From a virus (Duplodnaviria; Caudoviricetes), in IMG/VR virus record IMGVR_UViG_3300033463_000061, positions 1-64,000 of that record: 64,000 bases of DNA. One strand, given 5' to 3'. Under the pieces are notes generated by a model. It saw only the letters and a list, made by a program, of their open reading frames with translations, ran no database searches and had not been told where the DNA came from. Positions 43,949 to 52,074 of the stretch are shown one piece after another (positions within the stretch are counted from its first letter, which is position 1; the number at the start of each line of letters is the position of its first letter). Made by a program: the position numbers and the translations under genes.

Positions 43949-44477
43949 CCGTCTCCTCCCCGCGGTCCTCGAGGGCCTTCACGGCGCGTTCGATGATCTT
44001 GCGGTAGTCGAGCGTGCGTATCTCCTTCCGCGTCTTCGGGTCGAAGATGACCGATTCTGTCGCTGGCGACCGCGCCGCGAACCTGCGCGCCATGAACAGG
44101 CAGTCGCGCAGCACGTCGCAGAGCTCCTTGGAGTCGGACCGCTTCGCCTTCAGCTCACGGAGCCAGTCTGCGAGCTGCTTGTGCTGCTGCCCGCACGGCG
44201 TGGCATCCGCGCACTCGTCGCAGTGCGCAATGGCCTCGTCCAGCGTCATGGGCTTGACAGGGCACTTTTTGGCCCGCTTGCCGGGCGCCTCGGGTAGAAG
44301 CGTTCCGGCGAAGCACATCTTGTACTTCGAGTACTTCTTCTCCGACATCCCGCAGGAGCAGGACTTGTCACCGTTCCCGCCGCGCGTGCAGTACGCGCAC
44401 GGGACCTGCTGCTTGCGCTTTCCGGGCGGGAGGTCCTTCTCGGCCTCGATCGCCTTCTTGACTTCTTCGTATGTCAT
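43941..44477 (-). CDS. Cys-rich hypothetical protein
   Basis: CAYC; MTLDEAIAHC...HKQLADWLRELK module. Confidence 0.75.
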   Translation of the reverse strand: MTYEEVKKAIEAEKDLPPGKRKQQVPCAYCTRGGNGDKSCSCGMSEKKYSKYKMCFAGTLLPEAPGKRAKKCPVKPMTLDEAIAHCDECADATPCGQQHKQLADWLRELKAKRSDSKELCDVLRDCLFMARRFAARSPATESVIFDPKTRKEIRTLDYRKIIERAVKALEDRGEETDV

Positions 44478-44710
44478 GACTTTGCCTCCTCGGGTTTCCA
44501 CTCCGCGCCGTACTTCGCCTTGAAGCCCAGCGCTATTACCTCCTTGACTGTGTCGAAGTTCAGCCTGTCGCAGAGGCCTTCGTCCTCGTACTCGCATTCC
44601 GGGTCCACGGTTTCGTAGATTACGTCGTCGACGTTCGACTCGATGCTGTCCATCACCCCGTCGAAGAACCGGCGCGTAAGCTCCAGTTCGGTGTCCTTGT
44701 TTAGTGCCAT
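44474..44710 (-). CDS. Small acidic protein
   Basis: 78 aa. Confidence 0.75.
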   Translation of the reverse strand: MALNKDTELELTRRFFDGVMDSIESNVDDVIYETVDPECEYEDEGLCDRLNFDTVKEVIALGFKAKYGAEWKPEEAKS

Positions 44711-44716
44711 GGCGCG

Positions 44717-44953
44717 CTACTCCCCACTGGGTTCCTGCGGCACCGGCTGCTGCGCCGCCTGGGCCTTGTACTCCTCGAGCGCCTTCTGGGCGGCGGCCAC
44801 GACGCGTTCGGCCACAAACGCCGCACAGGCCTCGCAGCCCGTGTGGACGCCGTCTACCGACGAGTTGTCGAGGCGGCTGACCTCGAAGTCGCCGTTGTGC
44901 TTCCCGTCTTCGTTGCGGACCGGGAAATATGCGAACGTAAGTTTTATCTGCAT
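44717..44953 (-). CDS. Hypothetical protein
   Basis: Start MQIKL; AAGGAG RBS. Confidence 0.7.
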   Translation of the reverse strand: MQIKLTFAYFPVRNEDGKHNGDFEVSRLDNSSVDGVHTGCEACAAFVAERVVAAAQKALEEYKAQAAQQPVPQEPSGE

Positions 44954-44954
44954 G

Positions 44955-45386
44955 TTACTCCTTTTTGGGTTCGTGTGGTTCCGGCTTCGTCTCCGCCTTG
45001 TACTGGCCCGCGCGCTCCACACCGACCACGCAGCCGGGAATCACGTAGTGCGGCCAGTGCTCGTCCTTGCGGTGGCACTTCTGTGTCCCGCACCGCATGC
45101 ACTCACTGCATCGCACGAAAATGTTGTCGTGCTTTTTGCCGGGGCACGGCAGCGTCGCGGGCTCGCGCGGTTCTTGCGGCTCAGGCAGGTTCTCCGGCGG
45201 CGTCAGCATGCCTTTCTTGCCAAGCAGCATACGCGCCGCGTTGAGCCAGCGCTCGCAGTCCTCGGCGACCGTGCCGGACGCGCTCTTGCCGGGCGCGTCC
45301 GCCGCGAGCTTCACCATGATCGTGTGGAGCGTGGCGATCATCGGCTGCGCCCTCCACACGAGATCTATGGCCTTGACTGGCTTCAT
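44955..45386 (-). CDS. Hypothetical protein with a C-terminal Cys cluster
   Basis: Start MKPVK; CSECMRCGTQKC. Confidence 0.7.
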   Translation of the reverse strand: MKPVKAIDLVWRAQPMIATLHTIMVKLAADAPGKSASGTVAEDCERWLNAARMLLGKKGMLTPPENLPEPQEPREPATLPCPGKKHDNIFVRCSECMRCGTQKCHRKDEHWPHYVIPGCVVGVERAGQYKAETKPEPHEPKKE

Positions 45387-45637
45387 TTGCGCCTCCGGTT
45401 TGCCTTGCGCGCCTTCTTCGCCGCCTTCTTGGCCCTGATGGCCTTGCGCCGGCGGTTGACGGCACGGTTCCTGCGGTCGAGCGGCAGGCTGTTCTCGGCC
45501 TGGCTCCTGACCTCGGCGTCGGTGCGCGTGTCGGGGCCGCCGAACGGGCTCCCGCTGCTGGTCGAGGGCATGGCCTCGGCCATCGCTCCCATGGCGAGTC
45601 CGGCCATCGCGACCGGCGAGAATCTTTCGCTGTGCAT
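45383..45637 (-). CDS. Small protein with a very basic tail
   Basis: RRRKAIRAKKAAKKARKANRRRK. Confidence 0.7.
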   Translation of the reverse strand: MHSERFSPVAMAGLAMGAMAEAMPSTSSGSPFGGPDTRTDAEVRSQAENSLPLDRRNRAVNRRRKAIRAKKAAKKARKANRRRK

Positions 45638-45649
45638 CTGTGGTCTCCT

Positions 45650-46336
45650 TTAGTCTTCGTACTGGCATTTGCCTTTGCAGTATAGCTCGCAGTCTGGCTT
45701 GCACGGGCTGCAGTACCCGTTGACCCGGTTCGGGCAGTTCTCGTGGCGCATGTTCGCGGCGACCCTGTCGTTGCGTTTCCGCGCCGCGGCAAACACGCCT
45801 TCGCAGCCCTCGCCCTCCTGGGTGACGACCGCGATCCCGGGCTGCTCCTCGGAGAGCGCGTCCGCGATCGCGACTATGTTGTCTGCGAAGGCCTGGGCGT
45901 AGATGCGTGCGAACTCCTCGCTCCGCCCGACCACCTCCTTGGGGTTGGTGGCGGACAGCTTTACGCGAAACCCGGAGGGGTTGGCGCTCCTGCGGATGTC
46001 CACGCGCACGAACGTCACGCGCCCGCGATCGAACTTGCGCTGTGCGGACGTCTTCTTCTCGCCCTCCTTGGGCGAGGCGTACTTGACGTCGCTGTTGTGG
46101 CTCATGAGCCCGTGCATGCACCTGCGCATCCGGTCGAGCAGCTCGACGGCGAACGAGATGGTGTCGCCGCGGTCGTCGGACGCAATCTGGACTCCGGGCG
46201 TGTTGGCGAGGTCTTCCCGGGCGAGCGCCTGGTCTATCCGGCCGTCCTTTGCGTAGAACTCGGCCGGATGCCGCATCGCAGGCATGGACAAGAAGCCGGA
46301 CTCGCCTGCAGTGGCGAGCCTAGTTGTGATTCTCAT
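45650..46336 (-). CDS. Hypothetical protein with a YegP/DUF1508-like segment and Cys-rich tail
   Basis: FRVKLSATNPKEVVGRSEEF; C-terminal Cys cluster. Confidence 0.6.
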   Translation of the reverse strand: MRITTRLATAGESGFLSMPAMRHPAEFYAKDGRIDQALAREDLANTPGVQIASDDRGDTISFAVELLDRMRRCMHGLMSHNSDVKYASPKEGEKKTSAQRKFDRGRVTFVRVDIRRSANPSGFRVKLSATNPKEVVGRSEEFARIYAQAFADNIVAIADALSEEQPGIAVVTQEGEGCEGVFAAARKRNDRVAANMRHENCPNRVNGYCSPCKPDCELYCKGKCQYED

Positions 46337-46348
46337 CGTGGTGTCCCG

Positions 46349-47512
46349 CTATGGCTGCGACGGCGCACCGCCGCCGTCCTGCCTCGGGCTGGCCGGTGGC
46401 GTCGGAGCCGGCTCAAGCTCGATGAAGTTGCCCCTGTCCTTGGCCTCTGCGATGCTTCTGTCGACGTCGAGCCTGACGTCGTTTAGCAGCTCCTCGATGC
46501 GGTACTGGCTGTCCGCGATCTGCTCGTCCTTCAGCGTCGGCAAGGTGCCGATCGCCTTCTCGACCGTCGCCAGCGTCAGGTCGTCGTCCTTGTAGACCCA
46601 GTCTGCGACGAAGTACAGGTCGCGGCTCCCCCGGATCGTGCCGAAGAGGATCGGGTCGCGGCGCTTGTGGCGTTCTTCCTCGTCGATCTCCTCCTCCAGG
46701 AGCCTCGCGGGCTTTACGTCCTTGGAGTAGTACATGACGACGTAGTTGTCGAACAGCATGGCGAGGTTGCACTGGGCCAGCTTTACGGCAACGTCGTTCG
46801 GAATCACTTCCGGATAGTACCGGAGGAACTCGACCTGGACGCCGCGCTCGGCCTTCGTGATGAACTCGACGGCCTGCTCCTCGGTGAGGTATCGGCACAT
46901 GTCGCGCTGCGCGAGCGCAAGCTTTGCCGCCAGCACGTTGAGGTGGTCCTCGACCTTCTTGGCCATGCCGAACTGGCAGGTCTGCTTGAACCGGTTGACG
47001 AGCGATACGGCGATCGCACGGCTGCGGAGCAGCTCCTCAGTCGTGACGTGGAGCTCGTCCTCCTTGGCTAGGCGGAACGTCTCCTCGACGGACACGCCGT
47101 CGCTGGGCGGGCGTTTGTTCTTGATCCACGACTTGGCCGCCCTGACAGCCGCCCGGAATCCGCCGCGCCGATCTATCTGCGAGGACGAGTCCGTACCAAG
47201 CCTGAGCCTTATGTAGCGGTTGCGCGCCCATTTTGCCTCGCGGGCCGCCGTCGCGTCAGACACGCGGGCAGGGACCCCCTCGCCCTCGAGCCACCCGTTG
47301 CCGGCCGCGTCGGCCGCGTCGGCAGTCCCGACAACGATGTTCGCAGCGTTTATCCCGGAATCGCTCTTTGCCTCTTCCTCACTGATCTTCTTGTATTTCG
47401 GGAGGTCTTCCTCCACGAAGTACTCCTCGAACACCTTGAGTCTTGGCTTTCCGCCGACGACCGTTATTGACGGGTGGTTCTCCCAGCGGATGCGCTTAAC
47501 TTTCTTGGCCAT
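46349..47512 (-). CDS. Conserved phage protein, RRDPILFG family, copy B
   Basis: Start MAKKVK with AAGGAG RBS; same motifs as 34994..36268. Confidence 0.85.
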   Translation of the reverse strand: MAKKVKRIRWENHPSITVVGGKPRLKVFEEYFVEEDLPKYKKISEEEAKSDSGINAANIVVGTADAADAAGNGWLEGEGVPARVSDATAAREAKWARNRYIRLRLGTDSSSQIDRRGGFRAAVRAAKSWIKNKRPPSDGVSVEETFRLAKEDELHVTTEELLRSRAIAVSLVNRFKQTCQFGMAKKVEDHLNVLAAKLALAQRDMCRYLTEEQAVEFITKAERGVQVEFLRYYPEVIPNDVAVKLAQCNLAMLFDNYVVMYYSKDVKPARLLEEEIDEEERHKRRDPILFGTIRGSRDLYFVADWVYKDDDLTLATVEKAIGTLPTLKDEQIADSQYRIEELLNDVRLDVDRSIAEAKDRGNFIELEPAPTPPASPRQDGGGAPSQP

Positions 47513-47654
47513 GCGTAGTCTCCTTGTCGGATGGTTGCACTTCATTTCCCGCATCCACGTTCTGCCTGTCGATGTCCGCCTGAGAGAAGATGCGAAGGCT
47601 CTGCCTGTCGATCTGTATGGCCACAAACGGGCCCATTCCGATTTCAGTGCTCAT
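47496..47654 (-). CDS. 52-aa micropeptide with two IDRQ motifs
   Basis: MSTEIGMGPFVAIQIDRQSLRIFSQADIDRQNVDAGNEVQPSDKETTHGQES; overlaps both neighbours. Confidence 0.5.
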   Translation of the reverse strand: MSTEIGMGPFVAIQIDRQSLRIFSQADIDRQNVDAGNEVQPSDKETTHGQES

Positions 47655-48240
47655 CCCTCAATATCCTTTCAAGTGCAGAGCGCATACTATCAGGGACGTC
47701 GTTCGTCACGTGTAGTATGCCCTCCTGGTTGATGTTCGTATATGCCGGCACCTGCACCGGCTGCCCGGTGCGTGGCGTGTTATTCGTTACCCCGTACCTC
47801 GTATCCGCGCTCCGGACGCAGTTCGTAAAGTGCGTACAGATGTACAGCACGTCCGGGTTGTACCTCTTCCAGTCGCATCTATGCCCGAGGACAAAATGGC
47901 AGTCCCGGCACAGCACGATGAGGTTGTCGCGGACGTCCCTGAGCGCCGGGTTGGCGGCTTGCGGCACGATATGGTGCCGGTTTAGGTTCACTGTCCTGTG
48001 GCACCACGCGCAGTCCTTCATCGGGAGCTGCTGGTAGTCCCAGAGAACGGTCGCCCGGTCCTCACGCACCAGTATGTACGCGTCCGGGTGCCCGTCCCCT
48101 CGGTCCCCGCCGCGGCCGCGAATACAGGACCCTACGAAAATCCCGAGCGCCGCGAACGCCGCCGCGATGGCCACCAGCCACATCACGTCAGGCGCCAGCC
48201 AGCGCACGTCCCGCATAAGCGTGCGTATGCTCATCGTCAC
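47644..48240 (-). CDS. Membrane-anchored HNH endonuclease
   Basis: TM segment WLVAIAAAFAALGIFVG; CAWC..HHIVP...NLIVLCRDCH. Confidence 0.8.
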   Translation of the reverse strand: MTMSIRTLMRDVRWLAPDVMWLVAIAAAFAALGIFVGSCIRGRGGDRGDGHPDAYILVREDRATVLWDYQQLPMKDCAWCHRTVNLNRHHIVPQAANPALRDVRDNLIVLCRDCHFVLGHRCDWKRYNPDVLYICTHFTNCVRSADTRYGVTNNTPRTGQPVQVPAYTNINQEGILHVTNDVPDSMRSALERILRDEH

Positions 48241-48917
48241 GTGCTCTCCTTTCCGTCGTCGTCCATGCCGTTGCACGGGTTGCGCCACACGCCACCAGCC
48301 CGCTTGACGGCAAGCGCCACCCCCTGTACGAACTTGTCGTCGCAGAGCGGGCAGTCGTCGGCCCCTAGTTTGTCGTAGTCCGTGCACCCTAGCTTGTACA
48401 GCCGGCACCGATGGCAGTTCTTGCCCATGAGCGCAGGCCTGTCTCCCGAGAAAAGAGCAGCGGCCTGGTATAGGGTCTCACACCCGAACCAGACCGCCAA
48501 CTGCGCAGGGGACAGAGGACTCAACACGCGGAGCGCCCTGTGCATATAGTCCGTCCCGTACCCCGGCTCGCGTGACCTGCATGCAGTCATTATCCGGCGT
48601 ACCTGCTCGGCCGCCTTGTCCTCGGCAGCCGAAAAACGCCACCAGGCCATGGACGACAGGTGTAGCCGCATCGAGTCGTCCTCGACCTGCATCAGAAACG
48701 CGGTGCACTTGTCCGCCGAACACTCGTCAAGGGATCGCAGTTTCCGAAGCTGCCGGCCGCCGATTCGGCTCATGGAGCCTTCGACGTCCCGCCTGCAGTT
48801 CATGCAGTGCGCCATAAGCTGCGCTAGTTCCCTGAAGTCGCGTACCTCCGCGCATGGCGGGCGGATTGTGTTGCATATCCCGGCAAGCGGGGTCTGCTGT
48901 GGTGGCGAATCTGACAT
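48237..48917 (-). CDS. Cys-rich hypothetical protein
   Basis: 226 aa; CMNC, CHRC and CPLC. Confidence 0.7.
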   Translation of the reverse strand: MSDSPPQQTPLAGICNTIRPPCAEVRDFRELAQLMAHCMNCRRDVEGSMSRIGGRQLRKLRSLDECSADKCTAFLMQVEDDSMRLHLSSMAWWRFSAAEDKAAEQVRRIMTACRSREPGYGTDYMHRALRVLSPLSPAQLAVWFGCETLYQAAALFSGDRPALMGKNCHRCRLYKLGCTDYDKLGADDCPLCDDKFVQGVALAVKRAGGVWRNPCNGMDDDGKEST

Positions 48918-48960
48918 GGGTTGGCCTGTTTGTTGTTATGACAGTGTGTTGTTCACGAGT

Positions 48961-48969
48961 ATTATAACA
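48961..48969 (-). promoter_or_regulatory. Extended -10 promoter TGTTATAAT
   Basis: AT-rich gap after the primase gene; A/C-rich leader follows. Confidence 0.7.
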
Positions 48970-48999
48970 TAAAGCCTGCAAGTGTATCAACTGGCCTTG

Positions 49000-50028
49000 T
49001 TACACTTCTATCCGGAATTTAGACGGGTCGACGCCGGCCGCGACGCATGCGTCGAAGACCTGCGACCATATCTCCTCGCGGGGCGTTTCGCCCGCGTCCT
49101 TGTAGCCTTTCAGCGTGACGAGCACGACGTCTACCGTCGGCCCGAACATTGTACGGAGCCTTTCGGCATCCTTAGAGGCGTCGGGGTCGAGAAGTATAAC
49201 AATGTGCTTCCAGTACTGCTGCAGCAGGTCGACCTGCTTGTCGCTGACGTACTTGCCGAGGGTGGCGACGGCGCACTTGCCGACGCGGACCGCGTCGTAC
49301 ACGCCCTCCGTCACCACGACCACGTCCGACTTGCGGGCGTTGTCGTAGTTCCAGAGGATCTCGCGCTTGTCCATGCCGGGCATGGTGAAGTACTTCGGCG
49401 GCCGCTTGTACTTCTGCTTCTCTGGGTCCCACGCGAAGCCCATCATGGCGCACCGCGCGTCGTCCAGCTTGTCAGGGTCGTACAGGAGCCTGGACTGCCA
49501 GCCTATCGCGCGTCCGTCCATCACGACCGTCGCGACCACGGTGCTCGTGGTCGAGAACAGGCCGTGCGAGAACTTCCGCCCCTGCGAGCAGTACGCAAGG
49601 CCGAAGTCGCGCCCGAGCGCCCGGTAGTCGAACCCGCGCGCATTCAGGTAGACTGCGCCGGGGTTGTCGTCGCCGACCGTCGCAAGGGGCACGAGCGTAC
49701 CGGGCTCGATGTAGCCGAACCTGCGCTCGACCTTCTTGGCCGGCGCCGTGGTCATCGGCACCTTCTTGTTGAGGAGCTTGCGGACCGTCCCCGAGCAGCA
49801 TCCGCGCCAGCACTTGTAGATCCCGCTCACGGCATTTACGGAGAGCTTGTGCTCTCCGCAGATGTAGCAGTCGCAGATGAGCTCGAGGCCGTTGTGGCCG
49901 TGAGAGCGCGTGACAGTCCCGAACCGCTTCGACAGCTCGGACTCGAGCCACTCCGGGTCTGTGATCCGCCACTGCTTTTTGGGCTCGCCGAGTCCCATCA
50001 TCTGCGCCACCATCTCCGCGAGGCCCAT
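49000..50028 (-). CDS. DNA primase (zinc finger plus TOPRIM)
   Basis: CYIC...CWRGC; PKY; VTEGVYDA; LLDPDA; KDAGE. Confidence 0.9.
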   Translation of the reverse strand: MGLAEMVAQMMGLGEPKKQWRITDPEWLESELSKRFGTVTRSHGHNGLELICDCYICGEHKLSVNAVSGIYKCWRGCCSGTVRKLLNKKVPMTTAPAKKVERRFGYIEPGTLVPLATVGDDNPGAVYLNARGFDYRALGRDFGLAYCSQGRKFSHGLFSTTSTVVATVVMDGRAIGWQSRLLYDPDKLDDARCAMMGFAWDPEKQKYKRPPKYFTMPGMDKREILWNYDNARKSDVVVVTEGVYDAVRVGKCAVATLGKYVSDKQVDLLQQYWKHIVILLDPDASKDAERLRTMFGPTVDVVLVTLKGYKDAGETPREEIWSQVFDACVAAGVDPSKFRIEV

Positions 50029-51500
50029 TAGGCACCTCCACCGCGGCAGTAGTGCTCGACCGGGTCTTCTGCCTTGATGCGCGCCATTGTCCGGAGGCAC
50101 TGCTCCTTCGACTGCCAGAGACGCAAGGACGGATTCTGGTAGATGGTCTCTCGCGCGCCGGCGAGCGCCGACTCGCGGGCCTTGAAGCAGCTGAGGGAGA
50201 GAAGCCTGTCGGTCTCAGCCCGCACGTTGCCGCCGGCGCCGTCCATCGTGACCGCCTGCTTCTGGGGGTCGGTGGCCGGCCGTGCAAGCGAGATGCCGAG
50301 GTCCAGGTAGTTCTGAATCGCGGTCGAGTCCGCGATGTCCTCCGGGCCGAGCACCTCCTTGGTCTGCGCCTTCCTGTTCGCCTGCTGCGCGGTCCAGATG
50401 ACCACGTGGTGCTTTCTCGCGAGCTTTCCGAGCGCCTGAATCGCAAGCGAGATCGGCTCGTCCGCACGGCTGTTCTTCGTGACGCCCGGAACAGACGCCA
50501 TGTCTATGTACTTCAGCCAGTCGATGCAGACAAGGGCCAGGCGGTCTTCTGGCACGCCTCGCTCGATTCCTTTGCGCTTCCACGCACCGATGGCGCGGTC
50601 AATCTGCTCCAGCTTCATCAGCTCCTTGCCCGACTTGTCGAGTATGCTGAACTTGTCCCAGTATATGCACTCTTTCGACGTGAGCGCCTTGAACCGGGCG
50701 GCCGCGTCTGCCGGCCAGGTCGAAAGCGGCTTCTCGTACAGTCCGATCGGATAGTACCCCATGATCGACTGCCAGCGCTTCCTGATCATCTCCTTCGGGT
50801 TCTCCAAGGTCATGAACAGGCTGTGCAGGCCTACCGCGTTTGCGTTTGCGGCGAAGTTGATCATGCCGACGGTCTTTCCGAGTCCGGACACGGCGACGAG
50901 CAACGCCACGTTTCCGCGGATGAGCCCGCCGCTCATGTTCGTGTCAAGCCAGGTCAGCCCGGTCGCTATCCTCGGCTCAGGGTGCTCCATGCCCTCGGGG
51001 TCAGCCTCGCAGCCGCTCGACAGCTCGTCTGACGGGTCCACCCCGCACACGGCCTTGGCGTCCGCGTTCGCCTCGCCCATTGCCTCGACGGTCTGGCTCG
51101 GCGTCCACCCGTTCTCCTGCGCAAGTCTTGCGACCTGCTGGATGCGCACGGCCGACAGGAACGCCGGGAGCATGTCGCCTATCCGCACGATCTCGGACTT
51201 CGGGAGGCCCTGCCCGAGGCGCGCGATCAAGTCGGCCACGGCCGGCAGGACGCTTGCGTCGGGCTTGGTGGCGTAGGTGAACTGGGAGTCGCCGCTGAAC
51301 GCGAGCTCGATCTCCTTCGCGACCGACTCGACCGACGGGAGCATCCCGTGCTTCTCGCTGAAGCGTGACACCACGTCGAACACGAACCGGCTCGCGGGGG
51401 CGGTGAAGTCTGTGACGCGGAGGCGCCACGCCGAATGGCACTGGGCGTTCGTCGCCCACGCCACGAGGATCCGCTCCTCGTCGTCACGACTATATGCCAT
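50028..51500 (-). CDS. Replicative DnaB/gp41-like helicase
   Basis: TGLTWLD..GG, AVSGLGKT, TLEN, CIDWL, WTAQQANR, DIADS. Confidence 0.9.
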   Translation of the reverse strand: MAYSRDDEERILVAWATNAQCHSAWRLRVTDFTAPASRFVFDVVSRFSEKHGMLPSVESVAKEIELAFSGDSQFTYATKPDASVLPAVADLIARLGQGLPKSEIVRIGDMLPAFLSAVRIQQVARLAQENGWTPSQTVEAMGEANADAKAVCGVDPSDELSSGCEADPEGMEHPEPRIATGLTWLDTNMSGGLIRGNVALLVAVSGLGKTVGMINFAANANAVGLHSLFMTLENPKEMIRKRWQSIMGYYPIGLYEKPLSTWPADAAARFKALTSKECIYWDKFSILDKSGKELMKLEQIDRAIGAWKRKGIERGVPEDRLALVCIDWLKYIDMASVPGVTKNSRADEPISLAIQALGKLARKHHVVIWTAQQANRKAQTKEVLGPEDIADSTAIQNYLDLGISLARPATDPQKQAVTMDGAGGNVRAETDRLLSLSCFKARESALAGARETIYQNPSLRLWQSKEQCLRTMARIKAEDPVEHYCRGGGA

Positions 51501-52074
51501 CTATCACCCCCATCTTCTTCTCGAACGCCTCCATCTTGCTGGCCATTGCCGCGCGGAGGAAGCGGAGCAGGTCCCGGTCCTTGCGCAGGTCCTCGAGCGC
51601 CTCCTCGCCCCACGCCGCGACGATCTCGTCGCGCATGTTCTCGGGATAGAGGACGCGGAACCAGGCGGGGAACTGCGCGTTTAGCGCGGTCATCAGTATG
51701 TCGTCGTCCGGCTGGCAGGTGGTGGACTGGATCTGGATGACCAGGCCCGTGAAGTAGGCCCATTTCGCCGCCGCGTCGACGCGCTGGTCGTTCTTGTGCA
51801 CGCGCCAGATCTCGCTTGCGCGGGCCGAGAGCATGTCGTTGGGGACTATCTCCTCGCCGTTCTTGGGCATGTGCTCCAACACGGTGGTGACGTACTTCTC
51901 CACGTCGACCCCGCTGTCGGCACACTTCTTCGCAATCTTAAGAAACGCTTTCCAGGAGCGGTGATCCGCGTACCGCTTGTTTGGCCAGTCTATTCCGAGT
52001 ACTGCACGTCGCGTACCGTAGTACGCGTCGAACGCCCTCATGGCGTCTGCGTACTGCTGTTGGTCGTCGCCCAT
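51490..52074 (-). CDS. Hypothetical protein, possible gp59-like helicase loader
   Basis: Lies between the two helicases; weak helical pattern similarity to the T4 gp59 N-terminal domain. Confidence 0.4.
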   Translation of the reverse strand: MGDDQQQYADAMRAFDAYYGTRRAVLGIDWPNKRYADHRSWKAFLKIAKKCADSGVDVEKYVTTVLEHMPKNGEEIVPNDMLSARASEIWRVHKNDQRVDAAAKWAYFTGLVIQIQSTTCQPDDDILMTALNAQFPAWFRVLYPENMRDEIVAAWGEEALEDLRKDRDLLRFLRAAMASKMEAFEKKMGVIDGI

